Source: Lytechinus pictus
Lineage: Eukaryota
Reading direction: 5' to 3'
NCBI RefSeq assembly: GCF_037042905.1
Contig: NC_087245.1
Location: 19,036,001-19,100,000 of the forward strand
DNA length: 64,000 nucleotides
The notes below the pieces were generated by a model that searched no databases, had not been told where the DNA came from, and saw only the letters and a list, made by a program, of their open reading frames with translations. This document shows, piece by piece, positions 51,561-64,000 of the stretch. Position 1 is the stretch's first letter. Every line of letters starts with the position of its first letter. The translations under genes and the position numbers were made by a program.

Positions 51561-53512
51561 TATATGGCCACAATTGGTGTTCGTGCGTCAAAATAAAATA
51601 ACATTAAGTTAACGATTCTTTACTCTCTTTTTACTCTTTTAAATCATTTGATGCTACCATCAATCAATATTTGTTATTTTTATGTAGCAATATTCGATAC
51701 CACTGTAATAAATTTGGACAATTTATAGAAAAGCGTAACATCTTTCGTGTCAGAGAGTGAGTGATTCGTCCGATCCAGGCGAACTGGATGCATGTGGCTG
51801 CGTGTAATCTATTTCGCAATTTGTAATGCTTACTGTTGAAGTATGTCATTGATTGACAGTCTGTGTGTTGCAAAAGTGTATGATAATAGGATTGCTCGAT
51901 ATATAATGAAATATTCAATAGAAGTAAACTAAGAATAAAACATGACTAGACCATGGTAAATGTTAGATGGACACCATAAGGCTTGGATGGCTTCGACCTG
52001 ACAAACGAGTGAAAATGTATGGCTTCTTTTCATCTGCTGTGCTGTATCACTACCAGACCTCTCATCTCAAGTTTTGTGTTGAGGGGGGGGGGATTCGGAT
52101 ACTTTTTTCAACGAATAAAATCTGTTTGAACTGTATGTTTCCCTGTGGACTGGCGATCTACGCATTTCTTACTGGACAGACGGCTTGTTGGTCCCATATT
52201 GTGGATTTTTTTTTTTTTTTTTTTTTTTGCGGCGGGGGGGTCAGAATAGTTGCACACGTCCACCTCATTTGGTTGGCCTATAACGGTGAAGGTGTAAGAC
52301 TTGATATATCAAGAAGGCTTTATTTTTATGATAATCTTGGTATTTGCCGATAATATTCCTGCTTTTAGATATGGAAGCACCTGCTCCCTGGCCCGTTACG
52401 CGCAATCGTGAATACATAGTGCAGAGCGCGCAGGTGTCGTATGCGCATGTGCAGTTCAATTAGGCGTAATTGGTGCGCACCTCAATATGGGCACTTTGAA
52501 CAGGGAGGGGACAAAGCAAGATGCCGCAATGAAAAATATATTCAACTGATTCATTGCACAAATACATTGTTATTATATATTTTTAAATTCCTTAATATTT
52601 GTTTATTGTGGGATTTTTTTCAGAGAGAGAACAAACACAAGACATGTAATTTCAGTGTTATTTTTATGTAGGGCCTATCATCCATTTATAGATAACGATA
52701 TTCACCTCAAGATTTGAACCTTTTAATAAGACTCTATATTATATACTGCATGAATATGATTATATATAAAAATATTAACATAGATATAAAAAAAAGACAA
52801 AATATAACTTGACTATTCGGTAGATTTACCGCTGCAGGAATTCTACTGAAATAAAATAGTCAAGTGATATTTTGTTTTACTATACTACAGCAGTATATGT
52901 TAATGTTTGATTTGTAGATATCTGCATGTAATGTACATGGTAACTTGAACGGCGATAACTACCCCTATATACACTTTGCATGAGTCTTTTTTTTTTCTTC
53001 TTCTTTTCAAGCCTGTTTCCGTTGAAATCGGGTGTAAATTAAGAAATACAGGATTCGCATAATTTTCCTGAATTACGGACAGAATGCTAAAGAAGTCAAT
53101 GATGCCACACACCCACTGATTCTTGTCTATGTCCATGATTTTTTGAATTATTAAAACAAATATATCTTCCTAAAACATAAACATTATTTCACAGCCTCTT
53201 GAACATATGAAAATCACCATTAATGTCACCCAATCAAGACTTCTTTATCATTATTTATGATTAAACTTAACACTTTCGGTGTGTGGTGTCATACATTTTG
53301 CGGATCACAATGTGTATTTTTGAGTGGATGTGAGATTAGGAAATTTGTTGATATTTTATGTAGGCCTACCTTTCTTATAGTTTGAATTAGGCTCAATTTA
53401 TTCAAATCAACATGCTGTTGGGATGTACTTGACCTTTAAGATAGGGGGTCAAGGAAGAGGCGTGATAACCCAATTGGTAGAACCGTGGTCTACCGAGCCC
53501 CCGTAAAAAAAG

Positions 53513-53914
53513 GGTTTATTTTCAATTGGTCTAATGCCAAATCGTCCAATTACCAACTCGTCTACTATCACTTGGTATACCATCAGTTCGTCCACTATCC
53601 ACATGGTCTAATGGCCATTTCGTCTAAGACCAGTTGGTCCAATAGCCACTGAGTCCATATACCATTTGGTCTAATTTGACTAAGTGTTCATTGGGCGAAA
53701 TGAATGAAAATCAAATGGGTATTAGACCAACTGGTTATGAGACGAAATGGTCATAGACGAAGTGGTTATTAGACGAAGTGATGATTGGACCAAATGGATA
53801 CTGTACAAAATGGTTGTTAGACAAAATGTTGATGGACGGAATGGCACTAGACTAAATGAAGGTAGACCATGTGATGAGTGGACGAGTTGGCAATAGACGA
53901 ATTGGCAATTTACC
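53513..53914. mobile_element. Foldback element with arms of about 15-16-bp tandem repeats
   Basis: Left arm repeats CCA(N)TT(C/G)GTC(T/C)A, right arm the inverse T(A/G)GAC(G/C)AA(N)TGG; GGT...ACC termini; no clear TSD. Confidence 0.8.
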
Positions 53915-55275
53915 ACACAAAAAAGGGTTAGCGATTCGTAGGCAGTAACTCCCTCCTCCACTTGATACACACACACACCCACTCGCACGCACACACTACA
54001 CATGCCCTAACAATTCTGTCGGAGGAAAAGACCGTAAACGCACGACTTGTTCTTTTATCCCTGGTCTTTCATAATTATGGTCAAAGGGATAGTTCAGATA
54101 CAAAGGAATTTTATGATTTATGATCTAATAAAATATTTTATGGACATTTTTAATAGAGATCCGATTCAAATTATTTCTCTTTCTGGCTCTAACCTCTCTT
54201 GGAAGAGGGCCAGAAATATTTATTCTTTTATGTGGTTCTATGGCGACAGTTTGTATAAAACAAAATAACAGAGAGATTGGGTTACTATCCCGTTTTGTAG
54301 CCCATAATTTCATCCCGATTATATTCACCCTTTTAAAAACCTCGCCTTTGTTTATAAACTTCAATATTATATAGATACACCATCGACAGAACATTCATAT
54401 TTCACCCAGGCATGGACCTGGGAAGGAGGGACACTTGAGGCACCTGTAACATCTCACATGACACAATGTGGCATTGCCCCCCCCCCTCCCACCCCTCTTG
54501 TCACGCTTGTGACACCTTTTGAAATAAGGATGAAAACGTGTCAATTTTTCGAAGTGAACACCCTTTCTCTTTTTGTTGTTGCATATCCACAAAATTGTCA
54601 GTGTCCCTAATTCTAAAATTCTGGATCCGCCTCTGGTTTCACCTTATTCCAGATCTCACAAAGAAAATATGTTTATTTACTAGTATTTCAATATATTAAT
54701 TTATACACTAATCAATAATTTATCGTTTTCTTTTATTGATTTTTTTCTATTCATTTGCAAATAAATATGTAAATTCGTATTACCCATCAAATAACTTGTT
54801 TATTTATCTTTCCAAAAATATTTTTTTTCTGTGCCTTTCTCGTTTTTTTTATAATTATTATTTTTTCTATATTTGATTTATATTTTTCCTTTACTGTTGC
54901 CTCATTTATTACTTCACTAAGCTATCAAATCATTAATATCTGCATCTATATGTACATGAATATTCATTTGCTTATTGTTACTTCATTTGCTAAAGTGATG
55001 ACACTGTGGTTTGTCCCAATAAACAGTGCCCTTTTTTTACTTTTTTTTTACATTGCACACGGGGTGGCGGCTGAGGGGTGGGGGCGAACACCCTTCTGAT
55101 TTTAAGTAGTGAAAATGAGAGAAAGAGAAAAATAAAGAGAGAGGAGGGGAGAAAGAGAGAAACAGGAATATTGTACAGAATGAGAGGTCTGATTTCTGTC
55201 ACTTTCTATTCCCATTGTTTGTCAACTAAGAAACAAATATGACGCCACAATCGCCCCCAATCAAAACGCGGTTCC

Positions 55276-55465
55276 ATTTCATTTCATTTATTTTCCATTT
55301 CCAACAATAATTTACAATAAGTTTTGTTACATACATCTTGATATAATTATAATCAATAAAACAAGGAAACTTTATATGTATAATAATCAAGATAACCATG
55401 TATTAGGTCGGAAACGGAGGAAGCTGCTAAAAAGCGGAGCTTGTAGAATGCAGCCTCCTATTACA
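55276..55465 (-). mobile_element. 5'-truncated LINE 3' end
   Basis: On the minus strand: stem-loop GGAGGCTGC...GCAGCTTCC, T-rich tract, AATAAA and (TGAAA)n tail. Confidence 0.45.
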
Positions 55466-55513
55466 TATTCGTTTGAACAATGTACACAAAACACAAATAC
55501 AAAACACAAATTC

Positions 55514-55700
55514 CATGACATTTGCTCCGGCGGCAATTGCCCCGATGGAAAATCTGGACCTTAAGCCAGCCAGATCTATCCTCCATCAGAAAATAAACCC
55601 CATCCCTTTCTCTACATTATTCTGAATAAAAAATTATATGACAACCCTAACTCTAACCCTATGCCCTCTGATATATATTAACTCAGGAGAATATGTCGTG
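55514..55700. mobile_element. Small decayed MITE
   Basis: Imperfect inverted ends CATGACATTTGCTCC / GGAGAATATGTCGTG with internal CCCTAA-like repeats. Confidence 0.55.
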
Positions 55701-56054
55701 TCACCCAAAAGGCCGCCCTGAATGTACATCGGAAGAAAGGACAAACAAATATCCACTTAAGGTGCCCATTAATTCCTGCATAATAGTATCTTTCATTCAA
55801 CGGTACAAAGTGTATCAGAATATATTGAGGATTATCACGAAAATACCTAGATTAAGCAAGCATATTCTAATAAAATACTGATTTTAAACGCCAACTCTTA
55901 AATTTTGAACGTGTATATAGAGACAATTCACTCTAATTCTCTTTCTATTATTAATCATTTACAACGAATAAAAAATATGGCAATGAAAATGCACTTTAAA
56001 TTTTTCACTGATTGAAAAATAAATGTAAGAATTCATTTATCTAAATGAATGCAT

Positions 56055-56210
56055 ATTTTATTACAAATATCAAATTTTATTATAGATTTTGACAAGATAT
56101 TTAGAAAAAATAACAAATGTCATCCTCTCTCTCCCCCTTTCTCTTTTTTTTTCCTTGGTCGTAAATTTTTTTGGGAAGCGCCCAAGCCCCCCCCCCCCCC
56201 CCCCCCCCCG
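56055..56210 (-). repeat. Second copy of the poly-G/GCTTGGG repeat
   Basis: Reverse-complement similarity to 13201-13360. Confidence 0.55.
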
Positions 56211-57448
56211 CCCATCAACATGCGATAATGTTTTATTCGGCATATTTTGGGGGGTCATGGGTCAATCGATGCCCTGTCCTCATGGTTTTGGTAAAAGTGA
56301 AAATTGAAAGAATTGTTTGTTTGTTTTATTTCCGTATATACAATAACAAATACAAAGTACATACAAATACATATATCATGAGATTGTGAGGTCAAAGTTA
56401 AGATACAATAATAATAAGGTAAGGAGTAAAGTAAATTATACGGCTGGTAGTCCATATTCAGCTGCAATAATGCATTGCTGCTGGTCTTCCATGGAGCCAG
56501 TTTACTTGCAAAAAAGGCTATGATTATACCATAATGTAAAGGACGTTGACCATCAGACATAAAGAATCGAGTGAGGCTTGTAAGGGGTCAGACGGAGACA
56601 GGGTTGTCGCCCCCTGATTTTCTTTTCAATAAATGCAGAAATATGTATCTAAAACGTTATATGCATGCATGTGAAATCAATTACCAACTCTCGAGAAATT
56701 TCGATTTTCTGGCTCGATTACCTCACTCTCTCGAGTTTTTTTTTAAATCCATTGTTTTCTCAACCTCACTGTGACACTGCGTTTTAACCTACATGTAGAT
56801 AGCACGAAGTCAATGTAGGCCTACATTACATAATATACCATATGTTTAGAATACATAATTTACCATATATTTAGAACACATAATTTCATTCATTTAAACG
56901 GCTCATTTTCGGTTATACGTTTAACAATTATGAAGAACATGTTTATGTTGTCGCTTTTACATGATATTCAAGGGTACTCGCTACTCTGAGGTAAAAATTA
57001 TGATTCGACGGGTTCACCGTTTAACCTACATTACCAGCGCTGGTAATGACAGATAGATGCTTAGAGACTCATTGCTAAGATCCTAAGATAATCTTCAGTC
57101 AAAACTTAAACATGGCAAAACAAATACACAGATTCATCATTCAACGCATTTGTATGAATAAATGATCCCGCCTTTTTTCTCCCCTCCCGAAGTTTGAAAA
57201 CATGAAACCTCATTCACCTTCACCATGGACCATACTACTCTGACTTGCCTTCACAAACGAGACACGTGCCCTGTTCGATCACAATATTAACTATATACAT
57301 TTCCACAGATTTCTTGACTGCCGCCTCAACTACATTGTGAATGGATCCAGCTTATATAAATCAAGACACCCCCTTAAAAAAGGATTAAAGATAAATTAGA
57401 ATATCATGATTGTTCATATGAGAAAATATAGAGGAGAATAAGAAAAAA

Positions 57449-57582
57449 ATGGTGGTGGTCGTGATGAAAACGATTGTGATGATGAGGAATGAGGATGGTG
57501 GTGGTGGTGATGATGATGATGATGATGATGATGGTTACGATGATGATGATGGTCAAGGCGACGACAGCGATGAGGATGACGT
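57449..57582 (+). repeat. (GAT)n/(GGT)n trinucleotide microsatellite
   Basis: Directly visible; explains the poly-Asp and poly-His ORFs. Confidence 0.9.
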
Positions 57583-59137
57583 TGAAGAAGCCTACATAGT
57601 GACAGGCCTACATTATGTACAGGATATTCAATGGTTTGCCAGAGGAATATTGATATGTCTACTACCACTATTCCGAACAGAGTTGCTGTTTTCTATCATC
57701 TCACGCTCTCGCCACCGTATGAAATCGCAAGATTGATAGAGCCCCCCCCCCTCCCCCTCAAAGAAAAAAAACGTGTTTAAAAAAGCATATAATGAGATGT
57801 AAGACTAGGTTTGACCCTGAGTTTTCCTTTCTCGACGCAAGGGAACTATCTTTTCTTCTCAAGTTCACGGTTGAGGTGCCGATCTCCGAAAATTGATGTC
57901 AAATGCAACCGGTCTAGCGTGATTTAAAGTTTCCGCTTTTGATCAAGGACACTTTCATAACCTTCACTATTCTTACATCCAGACATTCCAGAATGTTGGA
58001 TTAAAATGAAATATAAATATAAACCGTGGTACTACGTGGTTTGCAGCTTACCCAGTCGATTATTAAAAAACTAGACATAATTGTTTAGGCCTACATGGCA
58101 CCATATCGTTGCTGAAAAGTGTTAATAAAGTGAAACTGGTCAGTTTTTAGGTCTCCATTTTTTAAACATGTACCAAATTGGTTAATTTTTCAACAATACT
58201 AAAAAAAGACATGAACCCTAATATTGATGCCCAATCACTTTGGTCGCTTCGCTCCCCTCTTTCTTATGATTATTAAAATCAACATTCTACATTTTCCAGC
58301 ATCCTATATACCCTTTCCGAAAATTCTCTGCGCAGCCGTGCAACAGGAACCATAAAGGAGACATGTCAGTTTGTTACACCCTCATAAATGTTTATCAACA
58401 TCTCAACATCTACCAAAATGTTGGTATAGAAAAAATCAATTCGTTTGACATTCAACTTTCTTTTAACTTACCGTTGGTAGGTTCATATATTAACCAGCCT
58501 AATATTTTTATTCTGCGAGTGTAGTGTTTGTCAGAAAGAATCAAGATGTCGTCCATTGGTACAGGAAAGGGGGGGGGGGGCATAATTTTGAACCAACAAT
58601 CTAAACGCGTCAGATAAATGGAAGTATTTCATTCTCTGTGCTTGGTCACCCCCAGCATGTAGGCGTGTTTGACAAACTTACCATTGATTAAAACTAATTA
58701 TCACGTCAAGACTGGAAAGAATTAATTCTTAAAGGTCCTAACGAAACTCAAAGGGAAATATCCTTCTCATTTGTCAAGGGTGTCTGCCCTCCCCGCAGGG
58801 AACCTTTATACGAGGAAATAATTACTCAGTCTGAGAATACAGACCAGTTCTCTTTGGTTTCATTTCATGAAAGGAGAAAAGACAAGTATCCCTTTCCCAT
58901 TAAATTAATTTTTTGAAAAGTTTGTGGTTAATAGCTTCATGGTCAACCCCTATAATGGAAAGAATTTATATATTGTTAATTCTGAATAAATACAGTATAG
59001 TAATTGTTTTGGGAAATCTCATCATTCGTCTCTTTATGTAATTAAAATCAGATACATCCAAATATTCACCCTTTTTTCTTTCTAAATGACGACTCCCCCC
59101 AGAAAAAAGATAAATAAATAAATGAATAATCATATAA

Positions 59138-59142
<5 letters not shown>

Positions 59143-59212
<70 letters not shown>
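59143..59212. repeat. (TA)35 microsatellite flanked by (AAAT)n
   Basis: Directly visible. Confidence 0.97.
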
Positions 59213-59213
<1 letters not shown>

Positions 59214-60069
59214 CTAAATAACTAAATAAATAAATAAATAATAATAACAAATAAATAAATATGATATTACGGGTCCCAGTCTTGCTGGAAATGTAAATCA
59301 AATTATCATAGTTAGAAACACCCTCAATCGTGTCAATGGGGGGAACCCGGGGGGAAAAGACACAAATGTTACCCATTCTACATTTCGTTGATGATGGTTC
59401 CATCTAAGAATCATAATGGTACTTGCAAGATCCATTGTTCTGTCATCCACTGCAGTGGATGAATTTCGGAAATATAATTGCCTTCATGGCGTGCTGTGTT
59501 TCAGTTATCCGACACCTACCATAAATTGAGTCCAGTGTTATGAATTAAAAATCAACCTCGTCGGAAACAAACCATTCTCTTCTCAAATCAAACTTGGCAT
59601 TGGTCCAATTATAAATGTATAACGTTTATTTCGACCCGCCCCAATCGAGATCAACCTATACATGTTCCAGGAATTACATTTTGTGGGTGGTGTGTCCGCG
59701 ATTTGTATCACCCAAAATAGTGACATAAACAATTATTGATGGGACTACAGCAGATTCAAATAATGGAAAATGACCGAACTGAAGGGGTAAGGCACAGTCA
59801 TGATACGCTATTTCATAAACTTTCGAGATACCACCGCCCCACCCACATGCTGGTCCACAGGTCATGAAGCTGCCCCACATCTTTCACAATTCCAATGTCG
59901 GCCAAAGGTTTCTTACAATCAATGGATTAGTCAGATGTGGTCTCCAAGGGGGATGAAGAACAACTCCCCCTGTTTTTTGTTTAAGCAAACATCATCCCCT
60001 CTAGAGAAAGCAGAAAAAGATTATTAAATATGATTTTGTTTTAATACAATAATATAAAGACTATAGTGT

Positions 60070-60410
60070 TAGCGTGAAGCGCGAGCTGAAATATTTTTAA
60101 ATTGCGACCTGAAGATGGGACATTTTAAGCAAATTTATTTAACAATAGGCCTAAATAATAAATGCGAGCGTGAAGCGCGAGCATAAATTATTCATATACT
60201 GAGTCTTAAAATCTTATATTTTAAGGACAGACTGTCGGTTTTCATGAACAAAATACTTATCACAGAAACCAAAATGCAAGCGCACAACGCGAGTTGAAAT
60301 TCGTTTATAAATCAGAACTAGAAAAGAGAAATTTTAAACACTTTTTGTAACCATGAACGGGATGCTTATCAATAATTCGAGCCCGAAGCTCAATTCGAAT
60401 CGCGCTGAAA
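60070..60410 (+). repeat. Periodic repeat with GCGAGCG(T/C)GAAGCGCGAGC motif about every 100 bp
   Basis: Motif variants at about 60070, 60164, 60276 and 60378. Confidence 0.65.
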
Positions 60411-60777
60411 ACTATTTTATCGATTCTGATGAATTCATCTGTACATAATTCAGGGGTACCCACTTTACATAGAAACATAGTATTTTTATAGGGGGCAAGG
60501 TTATCATTTTTTTTTTTACATACAAGATATGAGTGCATTATGTATTCACACAACCAATCTATCTCTCTTCCATGCCCTATTCTTCATCTTATTCTTTTAT
60601 TTTCGTATTCATGGTAACATAATCTGTATTTTTCTTGTAGGTTACTGTAGAATTTCTTCTAGAATTCAGCAAAATGAAAATGGCATGAAATATTTGTTAT
60701 ATGTCTATTTGCAATTACGAAAACAATCAATGCAATAATAAGAGACCTGTCAACCATGTAATGCTTGGGTTGAAGTG

Positions 60778-61345
60778 CATACTGAATCGTTGGCATATCA
60801 TTGCGAATTCTGTAAACAAAAGACATGACGGAATTCAACTTTTCTATTTTTATAATCATATCTGAATGAGTGTCAGTTGTTATTGCTATTTCTATTTACA
60901 AAATATTTGAAGGAGGTCATCTTTTCTATATTTATAATCATATTTTGATCAGTGTCACATTATTGCTATTTCTGTAAACAAAAATTTTGAGGGTTTCATC
61001 TTATCTATTTTCATTAATCATGTCTCAATAATTGGCATATTATTGCGATTTCTGTCGACTAAAATTATATAAAGGATTCCACCTTTTTTATTTTTACAAT
61101 CATCTGAATCAGTGTCATATCATTGTCATTTATGTAAACAAAATATTTTAATGATTTCATGTTTTCTATTTTTATAGTCATATCTGATTCACTGCCATAG
61201 ATCTATTATTTCGATTTCTGTAAACGAAATGTATAAACAATTTCAACTTTTCTTATTTTATAATCATATCTGAATCAGTGGCATATTATAGTGATTTATG
61301 TAAAAAAAATATTGAAGGATTTTGTCTTTTCTATTCTTATATTCA
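60778..61345 (+). repeat. Degenerate tandem repeat, about 80-bp unit, about 7 copies
   Basis: Recurring TTTCTATTTTTATAATCATATCTGAATCAGTG...ATTTCTGTAAACAAAA at 78-86-bp spacing. Confidence 0.85.
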
Positions 61346-61419
61346 TCACTGTCGAGAAATTCGGTCTAGGCCTATATCAACGATTCTTTCCGAGAAAATA
61401 TTAAGAGAGCTAAGAGCGT

Positions 61420-61620
61420 TGCAGGTATACGGATACTCGGCTAGGCCGAAGCTTACCGCCGGGATTAGCGTTCTTTTCCGTTGATATTGCACCAGGGTCG
61501 CCAAAACGTCACATTTCGCGCTGATATGACGTAGTGATGGTACATCGTTGACGTAGGAAAGGCTTGATTAGCATCCGTCAAGTTGCGTAAATAATACACA
61601 ACATGGGCGCCATGTTCTTT
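61420..61620. promoter_or_regulatory. Candidate CpG-rich cis-regulatory module or promoter
   Basis: Three CRE half-sites (61506, 61527, 61549), TTGCGTAA (61583-61590) and GGATTA (61462-61467); donor-like CAG|GTATAC at 61435. Confidence 0.35.
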
Positions 61621-61987
61621 AAAAAGAGTGGGAGGGGTCGGGTGGGTGTGAGATAATAGTAGGAAAGAGGATGGAGACTAGAGGCACGTACCTGGAATAG
61701 GCCTACCCCTAATTGAAATCTCATAATGCAAGTATTAATTGGAAAATTAAATTTAAGTTTTTTTAAGCACAATAATTAGGCTCTAAAATAAAACATGGGA
61801 AACCAAAAAGAACTGTAACATTGTGCATAATAATGAAAACCACATCTGCGCCAGTATAGGTCCTACATCTCCCCCACTTTCTTTTCCAGCTACATTATAC
61901 TCTTTCTTGTTTCCTTTAAAACATGATGAATAAATCATAAAAATGCATGCAGAACCAAGATTGCTAACTGTTTTTATTTTAAATCAG

Positions 61988-62080
61988 ATAATTCAAAATG
62001 ATTATCAGCATCATCAGAGGAAATGCCATAATTTACACACTCTGGATGAAATGGGTGAAAAGTCCCACTTCTGTGGAATG
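61988..62080 (+). other. Isolated 93-nt exon of an unidentified + strand gene
   Basis: Branch point CTAAC, pyrimidine tract and cAG| acceptor; donor ATG|GTAAGT; open in phase 0 (IIQNDYQHHQRKCHNLHTLDEMGEKSHFCGM) and also from an internal ATG. Confidence 0.55.
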
Positions 62081-64000
62081 GTAAGTTTAATCCGTAACAA
62101 AGATAATGAGCCTAATTATTAATTGAAAAATTCATTGCATAATCGTAATTTTTTATCTTAATTTCATTGCAGAATTGATTATAGGTCACTTTCATTGCAA
62201 CTTCACAACATGCACCCGATAACAATTATTGTTTATATACAATCATTATTAGATTACGTGAATGTCAATAATTTAGGCCCTACTTTACAATTATCCGGAA
62301 AGAATGATATACTAATTTCTTAAAACAATCTGCAATGAGTTAATTTGCTTTGTGAGATGGGGTCTGATGAACTTACAAAGAATACATAATTATAGGTCTC
62401 AGGAAATAGTGGCAGATCTTGATAGAGGGGGGGGGGGTGTGGTGGGGGTCGTGCAGGTGTTCTCGTTTGGTGACCCCATCCTACCACTTTAGTTAGTTTC
62501 AGTTAATTTGTTAAAACCTCTATAATATATACTAAAAAGTTTTTTTTAATGAAATTTCTGTCAAGTGGCGAAATATAATGAGGCAGAACATTTCTGAGTT
62601 TGGATTGTGCAGTCTTAAAAAATGAGCAAGGAAAAGATAAACGTCTTCCAATAAGCAATTACTTCTATATATGTTATAAAGACTTCAGCCCCTCCCCCAC
62701 CATCCACCTTAACCCGAGTGGGTGCTACTGTAGGGGGGGTGTTTTTTTTTTTATGTAGTAAAAAGGGGGAAAGGGCAAAGATGAAGAAAGAGAAAGAAAG
62801 AAAAATATAAAAAGAGAGATCAGGGTCGTCTAGCTTTATTCAACCCATGAAATTAATGGGAAATGAAGTCACAGGTCATCTTCCATTATTCCCCTTTAAA
62901 ATACCCTCACGCAACTTTTGTCCTCAACTACCAGGACGTAGTATATGGGGGGGGGGAGAACATTAATTGAATGTGTAAGTATCTTTGATTGTCACCGGTA
63001 GTCCTATAACGTGCTGCAGAAAGCCAATTTCAGGAAAGTTCTGGGGTCGGAAAAAAACCGGGCAATAATTTGTTGTCTGCTTGTGGTGTCCTTATCATAG
63101 TTCGTAATAAAGGAAGAAGTATAAGGGTTGCCAACCTGTTTGGCTGGCGATACGGCTCCTCTTTGAAAGGAATTTGAAATATTAACTTTAACAAAGAGCA
63201 TGTAATTATACGGGTATCATATTAATATTTTTATGTAGTTCTATAAAAAATAAAAATAAAGATAAACAAAACGGAAGAGCTAACGATCGCCGGAAAGAAA
63301 AGGTGAACAAAGGAAAGAAGAGCAAGTTAAATGATCGAAGAGGGATTTCATTGCAATTGTGTTCTTAGTGTAGTACCTCTTTTTTTTTTTTTTTTTTTTT
63401 GGGGGGGTAGTTTTTTTAGTTTTCCCCGAGAACTATTATTAATTTTTATATTAGAAACGAAAAAAATGTAAATATTACCTGCTATCAACACAACAGGCAG
63501 CTTAATTTGTAGAACAGGATTGAGAACAATGATGTCATCATCCTGCAACCCATGAACAAATTCCCGTAAGACATTTATTTGAAAAAAGTAGGAAGGGGCA
63601 GCCCCCCCCCCTTTCCAAGGCCCTTGCATTGAAAATTAGAATTGGTGTTCAGACCGCTCTAAGTTAAATACACTAAATCATGTATTTAGGCATGTATGAT
63701 AGGGGCCAAACACGTACAGAAAATCAAGTCTGCATGGTAAAATGAGAAAGGAAGGTGGAAAAGCCAAAGGGCGGCGCCACGGTGGGGGGGGGGGGGGGTA
63801 GTAGGAGTGATCGTCTTCTGTGGTTTTTCAAGTAGTCCGAAAAACAAATAGGAGAACAAAAATTAAGAAAAGAGGGGGAAAATGGAAGAAAAAATGAAGA
63901 AGAGGTATGAGTCGCACAACTGTTCGAAAAACAAATGACATCATAATACATGTAGGTCTTCTTGCATCAAAACATCCTGACAAAAACTTATATGGCCCTA

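Noticed and set aside
57414..59403. Poly-Asp, poly-His and poly-(Ile-Tyr) ORFs
   Set aside because: Artefacts of the (GAT)n and (TA)n microsatellites.
1..64000. Prokaryotic-style novel system (operon, CRISPR array, defence island)
   Set aside because: No gene-dense coding, no long ORFs and no repeat-spacer array; the 80-bp and 15-bp periodic repeats lack unique spacers. The DNA is eukaryotic and repeat-rich.

Overview
This is AT-rich (roughly 35% GC by eye) eukaryotic nuclear DNA, not a prokaryotic window. The repeat repertoire looks like a marine invertebrate, probably a sea urchin; that is an inference from remembered repeat styles and is unverified. None of the supplied ORFs resembles a protein I recognise, and I see no rRNA, true tRNA, CRISPR array or intact transposase/RT. 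The sequence supports four things. (1) A dense set of non-autonomous DNA transposons with readable TIRs and target-site duplications of several types (TTAA, TA, TWA, 2-bp, 4-bp), plus a tRNA-derived SINE, LINE 3' ends and simple repeats. (2) Splice-signal evidence for two convergent transcription units: a + strand unit from a CpG-rich promoter near 450-600 to about 7.2 kb (possible 40-aa or 135-aa product), and a - strand, apparently non-coding multi-exon unit from about 51.5 kb down to about 7.4-8 kb. (3) An isolated strong + strand exon at 61988-62080. (4) A strong excess of TA-delimited mini-palindromes (TACATGTA about 55 copies, TAGGCCTA about 19, often chained) that look like transposon excision footprints, with TACATGTA almost confined to the CpG-depleted 1-51 kb domain. 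All gene models come from splice motifs only and need RNA evidence.
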